This document shows, piece after piece, positions 26,630 through 39,454 of a stretch of 64,000 nucleotides of DNA. Source of the stretch: Macrostomum hystrix. Its lineage: Eukaryota > Animalia > Platyhelminthes. A model generated the notes under the pieces. That model had not been told where the DNA came from and ran no database searches. It worked only from the letters and a program-made list of their open reading frames with translations. The first letter of the stretch is position 1. Each line of letters starts with the position of its first letter. The translations under genes and the position numbers were made by a program. The stretch lies in NCBI GenBank assembly GCA_950097015.1, contig CATNEN010000005.1, positions 620,001 through 684,000 on the forward strand, read 5' to 3'.

Positions 26630-28745
26630 CACAGTTTAGAGATCCTAATCCCAAAATACAGTTTAGGATCCTAATCCCAAAATACAGTTTAGGATCCTAA
26701 TCCCAAAATACAGTTTAGGATCCTAATCCCAAAATACAGATTAGGATCCTAATCCCAAAATACAGTTTAGGATCCTAATCCCAAAATACAGTTTAGGATC
26801 CTAATCCCAAAATACAGTTTAGGATCCTAATCCCAAAATACAGATTAGGATCCTAATCCCAAAATACAGTTTAGAGATCCTAATCCCAAAATACAGTTTA
26901 GGATCCTAATCCCAAAATACAGTTTAGGATCCTAATCCCAAAATACAGTTTAGGATCCTAATCCCAAAATACAGTTTAGGATCCTAATCCCAAAATACAG
27001 ATTAGGATCCTAATCCCAAAATACAGTTAAGGATCCTAATCCCAAAATACAGTTTAGGATCCTAATCCCTAAATACAGTTTAGGATCCTAATCCCTAAAT
27101 ACAGTTTAGGATCCTAATCCCAAAATACAGTTTAGGATCCTAATCCCAAAATACAGTTTAGGATCCTAATCCCAAAATACAGTTTAGGATCCTAATCCCA
27201 AAATACAGTTTAGGATCCTAATCCCAAAATACAGTTTAGGATCCTAATCCCAAAATACAGTTTAGGATCCTAATCCCAAAAAAACAGATTAGGATCCTAA
27301 TCCCAAAATAAAGTTTAGGATCCTAATCCCAAAATACAGATTAGGATCCTAATCCAAAAATACTGTTTAGGATCCTAATCCCAAAATACAGTTTAGGATC
27401 CTAATCCCAAAATACAGATTAGGATCCTAATCCCAAAATAAAGTTTAGGATCCTAATCCCAAAATACAGTTTAGGATCCTAATCCCAAAATACAGTTTAG
27501 GATCCTAATCACAAAATACAGCTTAGGATCCTAATCCCAAAATACAGTTTAGGATCCTAATCACAAAATACAGTTTAGGATCCTAATCCCAAAATACAGT
27601 TTAGGATCCTAATCCCAAAATACAGTTTAGGATCCTAATCCCAAAATACTGTTTAGGATCCTAATCCCAAAATACTGTTTAGGATCCTAATCCCAAAATA
27701 CAGTTTAGGATCCTAATCCCAAAATACAGTTTAGGATCCTAATCCCAAAATACTGTTTAGGATCCTAATCCCAAAATACAGTTTAGGATCCTAATCCCAA
27801 AATAAAGTTTAGGATCCTAATCCCAAAATACAGTTTAGGATCCTAATCCCAAAATACAGTTTAGGATCCTAATCACAAAATACAGTTTAGGATCCTAATC
27901 CCAAAATACAGTTTAGGATCCTAATCCCAAAATACTGTTTAGGATCCTAATCCCAAAATACTGTTTAGGATCCTAATCCCAAAATACAGTTTAGGATCCT
28001 AATCCCAAAATACAGTTTAGGATCCTAATCCCAAAATAAAGTTTAGGATCCTAATCCCAAAATACAGTTTGGGATCCTAATCCCAAAATACAGTTTAGGA
28101 TCCTAATCACAAAATACAGTTTAGGATCCTAATCCCAAAATACAGTTTAGAGATCCTAATCCCAAAATACAGTTTAGGATCCTAATCCCAAAATACAGTT
28201 TAGGATCCTAATCCCAAAATACAGTTTAGGATCCTAATCCCAAAATACAGTTTAGGATCCTAATCCCAAAATACAGATTAGGATCCTAATCCCAAAATAC
28301 AGTTTAGGATCCTAATCCCAAAATACAGTTTAGGATCCTAATCCCAAAATACAGTTTAGGATCCTAATCCCAAAATACAGTTTAGGATCCTAATCCCAAA
28401 ATACAGTTTAGGATCCTAATCCCAAAATACAGTTTAGGATCCTAATCCCAAAATACAGTTTAGGATCCTAATCCCAAAATACAGTTTAGGATCCTAATCC
28501 CAAAATACAGTTTAGGATCCTAATCCCAAAAAAACAGATTAGGATCCTAATCCCAAAATAAAGTTTAGGATCCTAATCCCAAAATACAGATTAGGATCCT
28601 AATCCAAAAATACAGTTTAGGATCCTAATCCCAAAATACAGTTTAGGATCCTAATCCCAAAATACAGATTAGGATCCTAATCCCAAAATACAGTTTAGGA
28701 TCCTAATCCCAAAATACAGTTTAGGATCCTAATCCCAAAATACAG
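26630..28745. repeat. 26-bp minisatellite gatcctaatcccaaaatacagtttag
   Basis: About 80 highly homogeneous copies. Confidence 0.97.
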
Positions 28746-28917
28746 AGGAATTTTGTTCCTTGCCATTCGGCTGAAGATTGACTGACTGCAGTTTTTTATG
28801 ATTTTGCAGGACGCAAGAATGGGGTAGGATACGTTCGGTCTTTGGACCACTTGGGGCTCACGGTGATCCGACATCCGGCCTCTTGGACCTTTTCGTCACA
28901 TACTCTTCCTGGACTGT

Positions 28918-31050
28918 TCTCTCCCGTCTCATTTGTCCCGTGTCTCATATCACCACTGTCTCATCTCTCCCCTATCTCATCTCTCCCCTGTCTCATCTCT
29001 CCCCTATCTCATCTCTCCCCTGTCTCATCTCTCCGCTGTCTCATCTCTCCACTGTCTCATCTCTGCACTCTCTCATCTCTGCACTGTCTCATCTCTCCGC
29101 TGTCTCATCTCTCCCCTGTCTCATCTCTCCCCTGTCTCATCTCTGCACTGTCTCATCTCTCCACTGTCTTATCTCTGCACTGTCTCATCTCTCCCCTGTC
29201 TTATCTCTGCACTGTCTCATCTCTCCACTGTCTTATCTCTGCACTGTCTCATCTCTCCACTGTCTCATCTCTCCACTGCCTCATCTCTCCACTGTCTTAT
29301 CTCTTCACTGTCTTATCTCTCCACTGTCTCATCTCTCCCCTGTCTCATCTCTGCACTGTCTCATCTCTCCACTGTCTTATCTCTGCACTGTCTCATCTCT
29401 CCCCTGTCTTATCTCTGCACTGTCTCATCTCTCCACTGTCTTATCTCTGCACTGTCTCATCTCTCCACTAAATGACACAGTGGAGACATCTCTCTCTCAT
29501 CTCTCGCTACGTACTACTTAGTTTGAAACAGCATTGAGTAGTTTGATTTGCAGATGTCTCATCTCTCCACTGTCTCATCTCTCCACTGTCTTATCTCTTC
29601 ACTGTCTTATCTCTCCACTGTCTCATCTCTCCCCTGTCTCATCTCTCCAATGTCTTATCTCTTCACGTTCTCATCTCTCCACTGTCTCATCTCTCCGCTG
29701 TCTCATCTCTCCACTGTCTTATCTCTGCACTGTCTCATCTCTTCACTGTCTTATCTCTCCACTGTCTCATCTCTCCCCTGTCTCATCTCTCCACTGTCTC
29801 ATCTCTCCCCTGTCTCATCTCTCCCCTGTCTCATCTCTCCCCTGTCTCATCTCTCCACTGTCTCATCTCTCCACTGTCTCATCTCTCCCCTGTCTCATCT
29901 CTCCACTGTCTCATCTCTCCACTGTCTCATATCTCCCCTGTCTTATCTCTCTACTGTCTCATCTCTCCCATGTCTTATCTCTCCCCTGTCTCATCTCTCC
30001 ACTGTCTCATCTCTCCACTGTCTCATATCTCCCCTGTCTTATCTCTCTACTGTCTCATCTCTCCCATGTCTTATCTCTCCCCTGTCTCATCTCTCCCCTG
30101 TCTCATCTCTCCCGTGTCTCATCTCTCCGCTGTCTCATCTCTCCACTGTCTCATCTCTGCACTGTCTCATCTCTCCGCTGTCTCATCTCTCCACTGTCTC
30201 ATCTCTCCACTGTCTCATCTCTCCCCTGTCTCATCTCTCCCCTGTCTCATCTCTCCCCTGTCTCATCTCTCCCCTGTCTCATCTCTCCCCTGTCTCATCT
30301 CTCCCCTGTCTTATCTCTCCACTGTCTTATCTCTTCACTGTCTTATCTCTCCACTGTCTCATCTCTCCCCTGTCTCATCTCTCCCCTGTCTCATCTCTCC
30401 CCTGTCTCATCTCTCCCTGTCTCATCTCTCCCGTGTCTCATCTCTCCCCTGTCTCATCTCTCCCCTGTCTCATCTCTCCCCTGTCTCATCTCTCCACTGT
30501 CTCATCTCTCCCCTGTCTCATCTCTCCCCTGTCTCATCTCTCCCCTGTCTCATCTCTCCACTGTCTCATCTCTCCACTGTCTCATCTCTCCACTGTCTCA
30601 TCTCTCCCCTGTCTCATCTCTCCACTGTCTCATCTCTCCCCTGTCTCATCTCTCCCCTGTCTCATCTCTCCCCTGTCTCATCTCTCCACTGTCTCATCTC
30701 TCCACTGTCTCATATCTCCCCTGTCTTATCTCTCTACTGTCTCATCTCTCCCATGTCTTATCTCTCCCCTGTCTCATCTCTCCACTGTCTAATCTCTCCC
30801 CTGTCTCATATCTCCCCTGTCTTATCTCTCTACTGTCTCATCTCTCCCATGTCTTATCTCTCCCCTGTCTCATCTCTCCACTGTCTAATCTCTCCCCTGT
30901 CTTATCTCTCCTGTGTCTCATCTATCCAGAGAATCACTCTGCGGTAGAGATTTGACACCGGAAATATAGAACACCGGAGAGATTAGACAGCGGAGATATG
31001 GGACACCAGAGAGATGAGACACGGGAGAGATGAGACAGAGAAAGATAAAA
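28918..31050. repeat. 16-bp minisatellite tctcatctctccactg with internal insertions and an inverted decayed tail (30943-31050)
   Basis: Tandem copies; reverse-complement units such as gagagatgagaca at the right end. Confidence 0.95.
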
Positions 31051-31260
31051 CAGGATGCTATAGGTGTCTCAAGGGGCAACGGGCCGGATTCTGGAGCTTC
31101 GAGGGCCGCATCTGGCCCGCGGGTCGGAGTTTGTCGACCTCTGCTCTAACCACTAGGCTACTAGACCCATCTATGTTAAATGTATGTTTAATTAGAACAT
31201 ATTTACCTCTCGGAAGCTATAGTCTACAATGTCCACCAATTTTCCACCAATAATCTGCAG

Positions 31261-31634
31261 GCAAATTCAGTTTCTGGTCTCAGCCAGAGAATCACTCTGC
31301 CAGCACCATTGTGGAGTTTATAGAGAGCGCCGTTGCCTATTCGAAGACTGGCAATTTTCACTATTTCCTATCGTCTAGTATGCCCGGCACACCGCCTATA
31401 CAAGTGTCGATGCTTTATCCATTGTCTCGCTTCACAATCATGACGTCACTGCAGCACAGGTGTCGATTCGAGATTCTAGCTCGTACTAGGCGGGATCACA
31501 TTGATCGCTTGCCTCTACCGGCTGTATTCAAAGCCTACCTGCAGGAGAAGCAGTACTTTATCGAATACAAGGAAGATTTCCTAATTGCTTCACAGACTAA
31601 TAGCGAACAACCTGCTGAGGTATTTGAGCAATAG
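31261..31634 (+). CDS. SOCS7: SOCS7 exon 3, SH2 C-half plus SOCS box
   Basis: Acceptor ctgcag|GC. Encodes GKFSFWSQP...YFLSSSMPGTPP...LYPLSRF..SLQHRCRF..DHIDRLPLP, matching SOCS7 (YFLRSRVPGLPP, LYPVSRF, SLQHLCRF). Total 621 aa. Confidence 0.95.
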
Positions 31635-33282
31635 ACTCAAATGTTGTGCTCTAGCCTGGGACTCCGCGCACACACACACATAAGTATACTTATATAATTA
31701 TATTTTTGTTTGAGTAGGTTCCATTTGCCAAATCAAGCATGATTACAATTATTATTGTTATTATTAGTAAGTGTTTTTTTAATTGACAAAAATGACAATA
31801 GTTCCCGTTGGGTTATAGAATCAAGGATTTTCTATACAGATAACAAATCCGTCTAGTTGCTAAAACCGTATTCGTTTTTTTACGTCCGATTAATATTTCA
31901 ACATTTGCGCTACGTACTACTTAGTTTGAAACAGCATTGAGTAGTTTGATTTGCGTGTTTTTTTCAATTGCAGTCTTCTCTTCGTAGCAAGCCACTAAAG
32001 AAGCAAAACCTATTTGGTACTCTGTAACAGAATTTTCGTTGCTTCCGTTTCGACATTGCTGTTGTTTTTTGTTTCAATCTTTTGTGTTTCTTTTCCTAAT
32101 CGAACTTTCATAACCTGCTAGCGCTGTGCTCTGTTTGTTTTGTCTTGCTTGAGTTCGCCCTGTACTTGCAGAAGAGAAGACTGGTTGATTTTGGTTTTGC
32201 TGGTTTTAGGAAAATCTTTAATATGCTCTTTTTGAAACACATTCTGGGAGACTCTAATCGATAAATCGATTTCATTGACTCTTTATCGGAAACTAAATTA
32301 AACGAAATTTAATTCTCTCTGAATTTTAATGAAAGTTGGTAAGCCGAAATTTTCCGAATTCTTTTTTTGAATTCCTGGAAAATTCCCAAAACTCAAAACT
32401 AATGTTTTTTATTAACGAACTTGAAGTTCCAAGCAGAGTCAATTAGTGTATTTCAAACACAATTATTATTTCGAATTGTCGATTTTATTTTGTTATAGCT
32501 CTAGTATTTTGTGTTCAATCTAAACCAGATGCATCTGTGTATTATGATTATCGTTATTCAGCTAATCTAGGCACCCTTGCATGTCTATCGTGTCTGCTCT
32601 TCTCTCTCCGTCTCCATCTTAACTGATAATTTTGTTGTACACAACAAGTAGACATCTATATATACATATAGATGATCTGATTCAGAAGAACTGTCTCGAT
32701 GATTGCCATTGAACTCTGCGCCATATTGTGTTCCTATATCTGGTTTTTTCCCCGTGTTTTGTCATTTATTTTTGTTTGTTTGTTCAAGTGCTTCGATGGC
32801 TTCAGGTACTACGGGTTCTCGTGCTTTGACTCACAAATCTGTTGAATAATAAATAACCTGCTATTTTAAACCAACTAACTATTTATGATTTAATAGGTTA
32901 TTCAATCATGTGTTTCAATTGTCAAACTTATTTAATTCTATGCTCAATATTAAACAGTTTAGTCAGCTGTGTAGTTCATAGATTCGATTGATATTATTAT
33001 TTAATAAATTACTAATTTTATTAATCATTTCGTGCTTCTGTAAATAATCTCTTACATAATATTGTGTCGATTTTCTGCTTTACAATGGTGACCACAATAG
33101 GTAAGAATTTTGTTTGACAATAATAATAAATAATTACATATAAATATTTAAAAGTTGCACCACGTGCACACATATTTTTTTCTATAATCATGCCACTTAT
33201 CTATGTTTTCTTGTATTTTTATATTTGCCTAATCCACATAGGAGCGTGTATTTGTAGCTTTTCTAAGTTTTTTTTGATCAAA

Positions 33283-34465
33283 TAGACAGATAGGAGAGAG
33301 CGGATGTAATAGATAGGAGAGAGCGGATGTAATAGATAGGAGAGAGCGGATGTAATAGATAGGAGAGAGCGGATGTAATAGATAGGAGAGAGCGGATGTA
33401 ATAGATAGGAGAGAGCGGATGTAATAGATAGGAGAGAGCGGATGTAATAGATAGGAGAGAGCGGATGTAATAGATAGGAGAGAGCGGATGTAATAGATAG
33501 GAGAGAGCGGATGTAATAGATTGGAGAGAGCGGATGTAATAGATAGGAGAGAGCGGATGTAATAAATGGGAGAGAGCGGATGTAATAAATGGGAGAGAGC
33601 GGATGTAATAAATTGTAGAGAGCGGATGTAATAAATTGTAGAGAGCGGATGTAATAAATTGTAGAGAGCGGATGTAATAGATTGTAGAGAGCGGATGTAA
33701 TAGATTGTAGAGAGCGGATGTAATAAATTGTAGAGAGCGGATGTAATAAATTGTAGAGAGCGGATGTAATAGATTGTAGAGAGCGGATGTAATAGATTGT
33801 AGAGAGCGGATGTAATAAATTGGAGAGAGCGGATGTAATAAATTGTAGAGAGCGGATGTAATAAATTGTCGAGAGCGGATGTAGTGAATTGTAGAGAGCG
33901 GATGTAATAGATTGTAGAGAGCGGATGTAATAGATTGTAGAGAGCGGATGTAATAGATTGTAGAGAGCGGATGTAATAAATTGTCGAGAGCGGATGTAGT
34001 GAATTGTAGAGAGCGGATGTAATAGATTGTAGAGAGCGGATGTAATAAATTGTAGAGAGCGGATGTAATAAATGGGAGAGAGCGGATGTAATAAATTGTA
34101 GAGAGCGGATGTAATAAATTGTAGAGAGCAGATGTAATAAATTTTAGAGAGCGGATGTAATAAATTGTAGAGAGCGGATGTACGCTCGTAATAGATATGA
34201 GAGAAAGCATGTGACAGATGGTAGAGAGCGGATGTGTTAGATGGTAGAGAGCGGATGTGTTAGATGGTAGAGAGCGGATGTGTTAGATGGTAGAGAGCGG
34301 ATGTGTTAGATGGTAGAGAGCGGATGTGTTAGATGGTAGAGAGCGGATGTGTTAGATGGTAGAGAGCGGATGTGTTAGATGGTAGAGAGCGGATGTGTTA
34401 GATGGTAGAGAGCGGATGTGTTAGATGGTAGAGAGCGGATGTGTTAGATAGGAAAGAGCGGATGT
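33283..34465. repeat. 23-bp minisatellite with core gagagcggatgt (three successive variants)
   Basis: Tandem copies between SOCS7 and TM9SF3. Confidence 0.97.
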
Positions 34466-34624
34466 GACAGATTGCATTTGACAGCGGGTGTAGAGAATTG
34501 TGACTCAGTAATAAGATGATCAATGTAAGCGTTACATTAATGTTGATCTGTTATTAAATTTCAGGTATTCTTAATTTCGTTAAAATTTTTAAGAATTTTA
34601 TAACAGCATAATTGAGCAATCGTG

Positions 34625-35236
34625 ATGCTCTGGGTCAAATGTCTGCGGTCTTATTTCGGTGCAAATCTCTGTTGTGCAATCCTTCCGCTGCTGATCATTT
34701 TTGGCACTAGCTGGCTTGCTAGTCCTGTGGCGGCCGACGAGCACAATCACGTCTATCAGGACGGCGAGGAAGTGGTCCTCTGGATGAACACAGTCGGGCC
34801 CTATCACAACAGGCAGGAGACCTACTCATATTTCTCGTTGCCATTCTGTCGCGGACCTAAGGAGGGCATCTCGCATTATCACGAGACACTCGGCGAAGCT
34901 CTTCAAGGCGTTGAACTGGAATTAGCTGGTCTAGATATCGATTTCAATATGCCGGTTAGGAGAACCACTTATTGTCGAATTGTGCTCAACGAGGACAGTG
35001 CTCAGAAGTTTATCTACGCTATTAAGAATCAGTACTGGTATCAGATGTTCATTGACGATCTGCCTGTCTGGGGCATTGTTGGAGTAGTGGACAAGACTGA
35101 CGAGGATCGCTGCTACCTGTGGACCCACAAACGTTTACAAATTGGCGTTAATTATGGACAGATTGTTGATGTTAATCTCACTAGCTCTGCCAGGAGATTA
35201 GTGAGGCCTGATGCTCACATTGCCTTCTCCTATGAG
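34625..35236 (+). CDS. TM9SF3: Transmembrane 9 superfamily member 3, exon 1
   Basis: Signal peptide, then [30 protein letters not shown]...[15 protein letters not shown]. Donor GAG|gttggt. Confidence 0.95.
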
Positions 35237-35334
35237 GTTGGTGTTTTTGTGCTCTGCCTTTAACTGTTTCTACTCTTATGTCTAAACTCCCCCTGTCTTA
35301 CGCCCATCATATCTAATCTCATCAAATGTCCATC

Positions 35335-35900
35335 CTGTCTCATGCTAATCAATCTCTAATCTCTCACCCCATCAATCTCTGCTCTCACCCCATCAATCTC
35401 TGCTCTCACTCCATCAATCTCTGCTCTCACCCCATCAATCTCTGCTCTCACCCCATCAATCTCTGCTCTCACCCCATCAATCTCTGCTCTCACCCCATCA
35501 ATCTCTGCTCTCACCCCATCAATCTATGCTCTCACCCCATCAATCTCTGTTCTCACCTCATCAATCTCTGCTCTCACCCCATCAATCTCTGTTCTCACCC
35601 CATCAATCTCTGTTCTCACCCCATCAGTCTCTGTTCTCACCCCATCATTCTCTGTTCTCACCCCATCAATCTCTGCTCTCACCCCATCAATCTCTGTTCT
35701 CACCCCATCAGTCTCTGCTCTCACCCCATCATTCTCTGTTCTCACCCCATCAGTCTCTGCTCTCACCCCATCAATCTCTGCTCTCACCCGATCAATCTCT
35801 AATCTCACCCCATCAATCTCTGTTCTCACCCCATCAGTCTCTGCTCTCACCCCATCAATCTCTGTTCTCACCCCATCAATCTCTAATCTCACCCCATAAA
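35335..35900. repeat. 21-bp minisatellite ccccatcaatctctgctctca
   Basis: Fills TM9SF3 intron 1. Confidence 0.95.
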
Positions 35901-35940
35901 CCTCAACTTTCAACCCATCAAAATCTACTCTTACCAACAG

Positions 35941-36189
35941 GTGATATTCCGTGAGTCCGACATTCCGTTCGCCAAGCGGTTCGACAAGTACCTGGATCGC
36001 GGCTTCTTTCATCACCATATTCACTGGTTCTCGCTGTGCAACAGTTTCGCTATGGCCGTGTTTCTAGTCTGCCTTGTCGCTGTGCTGCTCACCCGCATGC
36101 TGCGTAAAGACTTCACTCGTTATAGCAAGGCCGAGGAGAGCAAGTGGGAGCTGGAGCGGAGCTTTAGCGATGAGTTCGGCTGGAAACAG
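35941..36189 (+). CDS. TM9SF3: TM9SF3 exon 2
   Basis: Acceptor caacag|GTG. Encodes RFDKYLD...IHWFS..NSF...LRKDF.RY...DEFGWKQ. Donor CAG|gtgagt. Confidence 0.95.
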
Positions 36190-36202
36190 GTGAGTTGGCT
36201 TC

Positions 36203-37015
36203 CAGACTCTAGCTTGAGTCTAATCCAACTCTACCAGACTGTAACTTGAGTCTAATCCAACTCTACCAGACTGTAACTTGAGTCTAATCCAACTCTACCA
36301 GACTGTAACTTGAGTCTAATCCAACTCTACCAGACTGTAACTTGAGTCTAATCTAACTCTACCAGACTGTAACTTGAGTCTAATCCAACTCTACCAGACT
36401 GTAACTTGAGTCTAATCCAACTCTACCAGACTGTAACTTGAGTCTAATCCAACTCTACCAGACTGTAACTTGAGTCTAATCCAACTCTACCAGACTGTAA
36501 CTTGAGTCTAATCCAACTCTACCAGACTGTAACTTGAGTCTAATCCAACTCTACCAGACTGTAACTTGAGTCTAATCCAACTCTACCAGACTGTAACTTG
36601 AGTCTAATCTAACTCTACCAGACTGTAACTTGAGTCTAATCTAACTCTACCAGACTGTAACTTGAGTCTAATCCAACTCTACCAAACTCTTGGTTGAGTC
36701 TAATTCTACTCTACCAGACTCTAGCTTGAGTCTAATCTAACTCTACCAGACTGTAACTTGAGTCTAATCCAACTCTACCAGACTCTAGCTTGAGTCTAAT
36801 CTGACTCTACCAGACTGTAACTTGAGTCTAATCCAACTCTACTAGACTCTTGGTTGAGTCTAATCCAACTCTACCAGACTGTAACTTCAGTCTAATCCAA
36901 CTCCACCACGACTACCAGACTCTAACTTGAGTCTAATTTAACTCTACTAGGCTCTTGATTGAGTCTAATCTAACACTACCAGACTCTAGCTTGAGTCTAA
37001 TCCCACTCTACTAGA
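36203..37015. repeat. 30-bp minisatellite ccagactgtaacttgagtctaatccaactcta-type
   Basis: Starts about 13 nt after the donor; fills TM9SF3 intron 2. Confidence 0.95.
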
Positions 37016-37054
37016 TCCCTATGTAATCTCTCTATTTAATCTAATAATCTCCAG

Positions 37055-37581
37055 GTGTACGGTGACGTATTCCGGCCGCCAACATTTCGCCTACCCTTCT
37101 CAGTACTGATCGGATCAGGAGCACAGCTGGTCTTTGTTCTCCTATGCTTCATCCTGCTAGCAATGGTGGTGGATATGAACAGTGAACGAGCGGGCCTGCT
37201 ATCTGCTGCCATATTTATCTACTCAATCTCGTCTCCTATTGGTGGCTTCGTTGGCGCCGCCCTGTATTCTAGATTTTATTCCATTCCTACTGCTACTAAT
37301 AGTAGTACTAATAATACATCAGCCAGCAGTTATCGTTGGATGCGTCAGGCATTATGCCAAGCTCTGGGTCCTATCGGCCTAGTCTGCGGTGTAGCCTTCC
37401 TAGTCAACCTAGTGGCAGTCGGTTATCAAACGTCGCGTAGTTTACCTCCAACTCAAGGCCTAGCCCTATTAGCTATTGTTACCTTTGTTGTGCTACCATT
37501 GAGCCTCATTGGCAGCGTACTGGGCAAGAACCTGTGCGGCCAGCCAACGAAATTGCCGTGCCGATTAAATGCTGTGCCAAG
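37055..37581 (+). CDS. TM9SF3: TM9SF3 exon 3
   Basis: Acceptor ctccag|GTG. Encodes VYGDVFRPP...PCRLNAVPR. Donor AG|gtgagt, phase 2. Confidence 0.95.
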
Positions 37582-37609
37582 GTGAGTCAACTACTCATTC
37601 TATTGACAT

Positions 37610-38055
37610 TCCTCCTCTTCACTAGTCTTCTCCCTCTGTTCCTCTTCCCTAGTCTTCTCCCCTCTGTCCCCCTTCCCTAGTCTTCTCCCCTCTGTCCCCC
37701 TTCCCTAGTCTTCTCCCCTCTGTCCCCCTTCCCTAGTCTTCTCCCCTCTGTCCCCCTTCCCTAGTCTTCTCCCCTCTGTTCCTCTTCCCTAGTCTTCTCC
37801 CCTCTGTCCCCCTTCCCTAGTCTTCTCCCCTCTGTCCCCCTTCCCTAGTCTTCTCCCCTCTGTCCCCCTTCCCTAGTCTTCTCCCCTCTGTCCCCATTCC
37901 CTAGTCTTCTCCCCTCTGTTCCTCTTCCCTAATATTCTCCCCTCTGTCCCTCTTCCCTAATATTCTCCCCTCTGTCCCCCTTCCCTAGTCTTCTCCCCTC
38001 TGTCCCCATTCCCTAGTCTTCTCCCCTCTGTTCCCCTTCCCTAGTCTTCTCCCTT
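37610..38055. repeat. 28-bp minisatellite cttccctagtcttctcccctctgtcccc
   Basis: In TM9SF3 intron 3. Confidence 0.95.
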
Positions 38056-38299
38056 TTGTTTCTCGATATTCTCTTTATTTCTCTCAATTCGATTTAGAAG
38101 TCGATGCGCCAGGTCAGTCTTCGTTAATATGTGAGCTCGATTTTATCAAGCTGTGGCACTGCCATAGTCGGTATAAATTAGCTTAATTACATCAGCCAGT
38201 CTAGAACACTAGTTTCATCACTAGAATACTAAGTAGGGTTTTTTTATAAATTGGCGCTCACAGCATGAATGAATACATTTTCACTTTATTTATCCACAG

Positions 38300-38768
38300 A
38301 CCACTGCCGGAGAAGCGTCACTTCTTAGTTGAGCCGCCTTTACTCTGCCTGCTAGGCGGCCTATTGCCCTTCGCTTCAATATTTGTTGAAATGTATTACG
38401 TATTTACATCATTCTGGGCCTATAAAATCTATTACGTGTATGGTTTTAGTTTTCTAGCATTCGTTCTGTTGCTACTAGCAACATCTTGTGTCACCATTCT
38501 GTGCGTCTATTTTCTATTAAATGCCGAGGATTATCGCTGGCAATGGTGTTCATTTATGGCCGGCGCCTCTACAGCCATCTATCTCTACATCTACGCTGTC
38601 TATTATTTCTTCTTCAAGACCAGAATGTACGGCCTGTATCAGACTGCATTCTACTTCAGCTATATGGCCCTGTTCTGCAGTGGATTAGCTTTAATCTGCG
38701 GCTCTGTTGGTTTCTTGGCGGCTAGCATGTTTGTTAGAATTATCTATGCCAATGTTAAAACTGATTAA
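38300..38768 (+). CDS. TM9SF3: TM9SF3 exon 4 (terminal)
   Basis: Acceptor ccacag|A. Encodes RPLPEK...[31 protein letters not shown]...NAEDYRWQW...IYANVKTD*. Total 618 aa. Confidence 0.95.
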
Positions 38769-39454
38769 ATTTATTTTGTTTGTCTGTTATTGTTTTCGAT
38801 ACATATCGGACGGCTCGTTATAACGTAATATTCAGTTTTTTAAAAGAAGTTTTCCATTTTCAGTAACTTAAATGTAAGAACCAATTAGTCAGGGCTATGA
38901 CTCAAATTTATGAGTTTATTCCTATCGCTATGTCATAGAACACGAATCTAAGTTTCTAAATTTAGTTTTGAATTGTCTTTTAGTTTCTGAGTTGATGTAT
39001 TTCGTTTTGTAATACTAATATTATGACACTTTATAAATAGCAAATATTAATAATAAAGAACATTGCTAATTGTATTAAACAGAACAGCTTTATTTCCATT
39101 ACTTGTTTTTATACCTATTATATTTTGGGCAAAATGTCCTTTATACTTGATAGTACTTATTATACGACTTTGAAAGTTAGTTTATCGTGGACTTTGACGA
39201 AAATCGGTCATTCGGTTTGGGGGGCTATTGTGAAGTACGCAGTAGGCAGTGAAATGCCCCGTGGTTTTTCTACTGTTAATTAATACGTAGAAAATTATGT
39301 ACTACTTGTGTATATTCAATAAGTAATATTGTACGCCGTTTTAGTAAAGTTAAAGTTTAAACATGTTATTACCATACTATCATTTTGGTGTGGTGTAAAT
39401 AAAACGTTATTTAATTTATTTGCTACACTAATAATAAATAAGTCTAATAAATAA

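Noticed and set aside
26630-28745. Regular palindromic repeats suggesting a CRISPR array (also 57868-59080)
   Set aside because: Units are head-to-tail with no unique spacers, there are no cas genes, and the context is eukaryotic.
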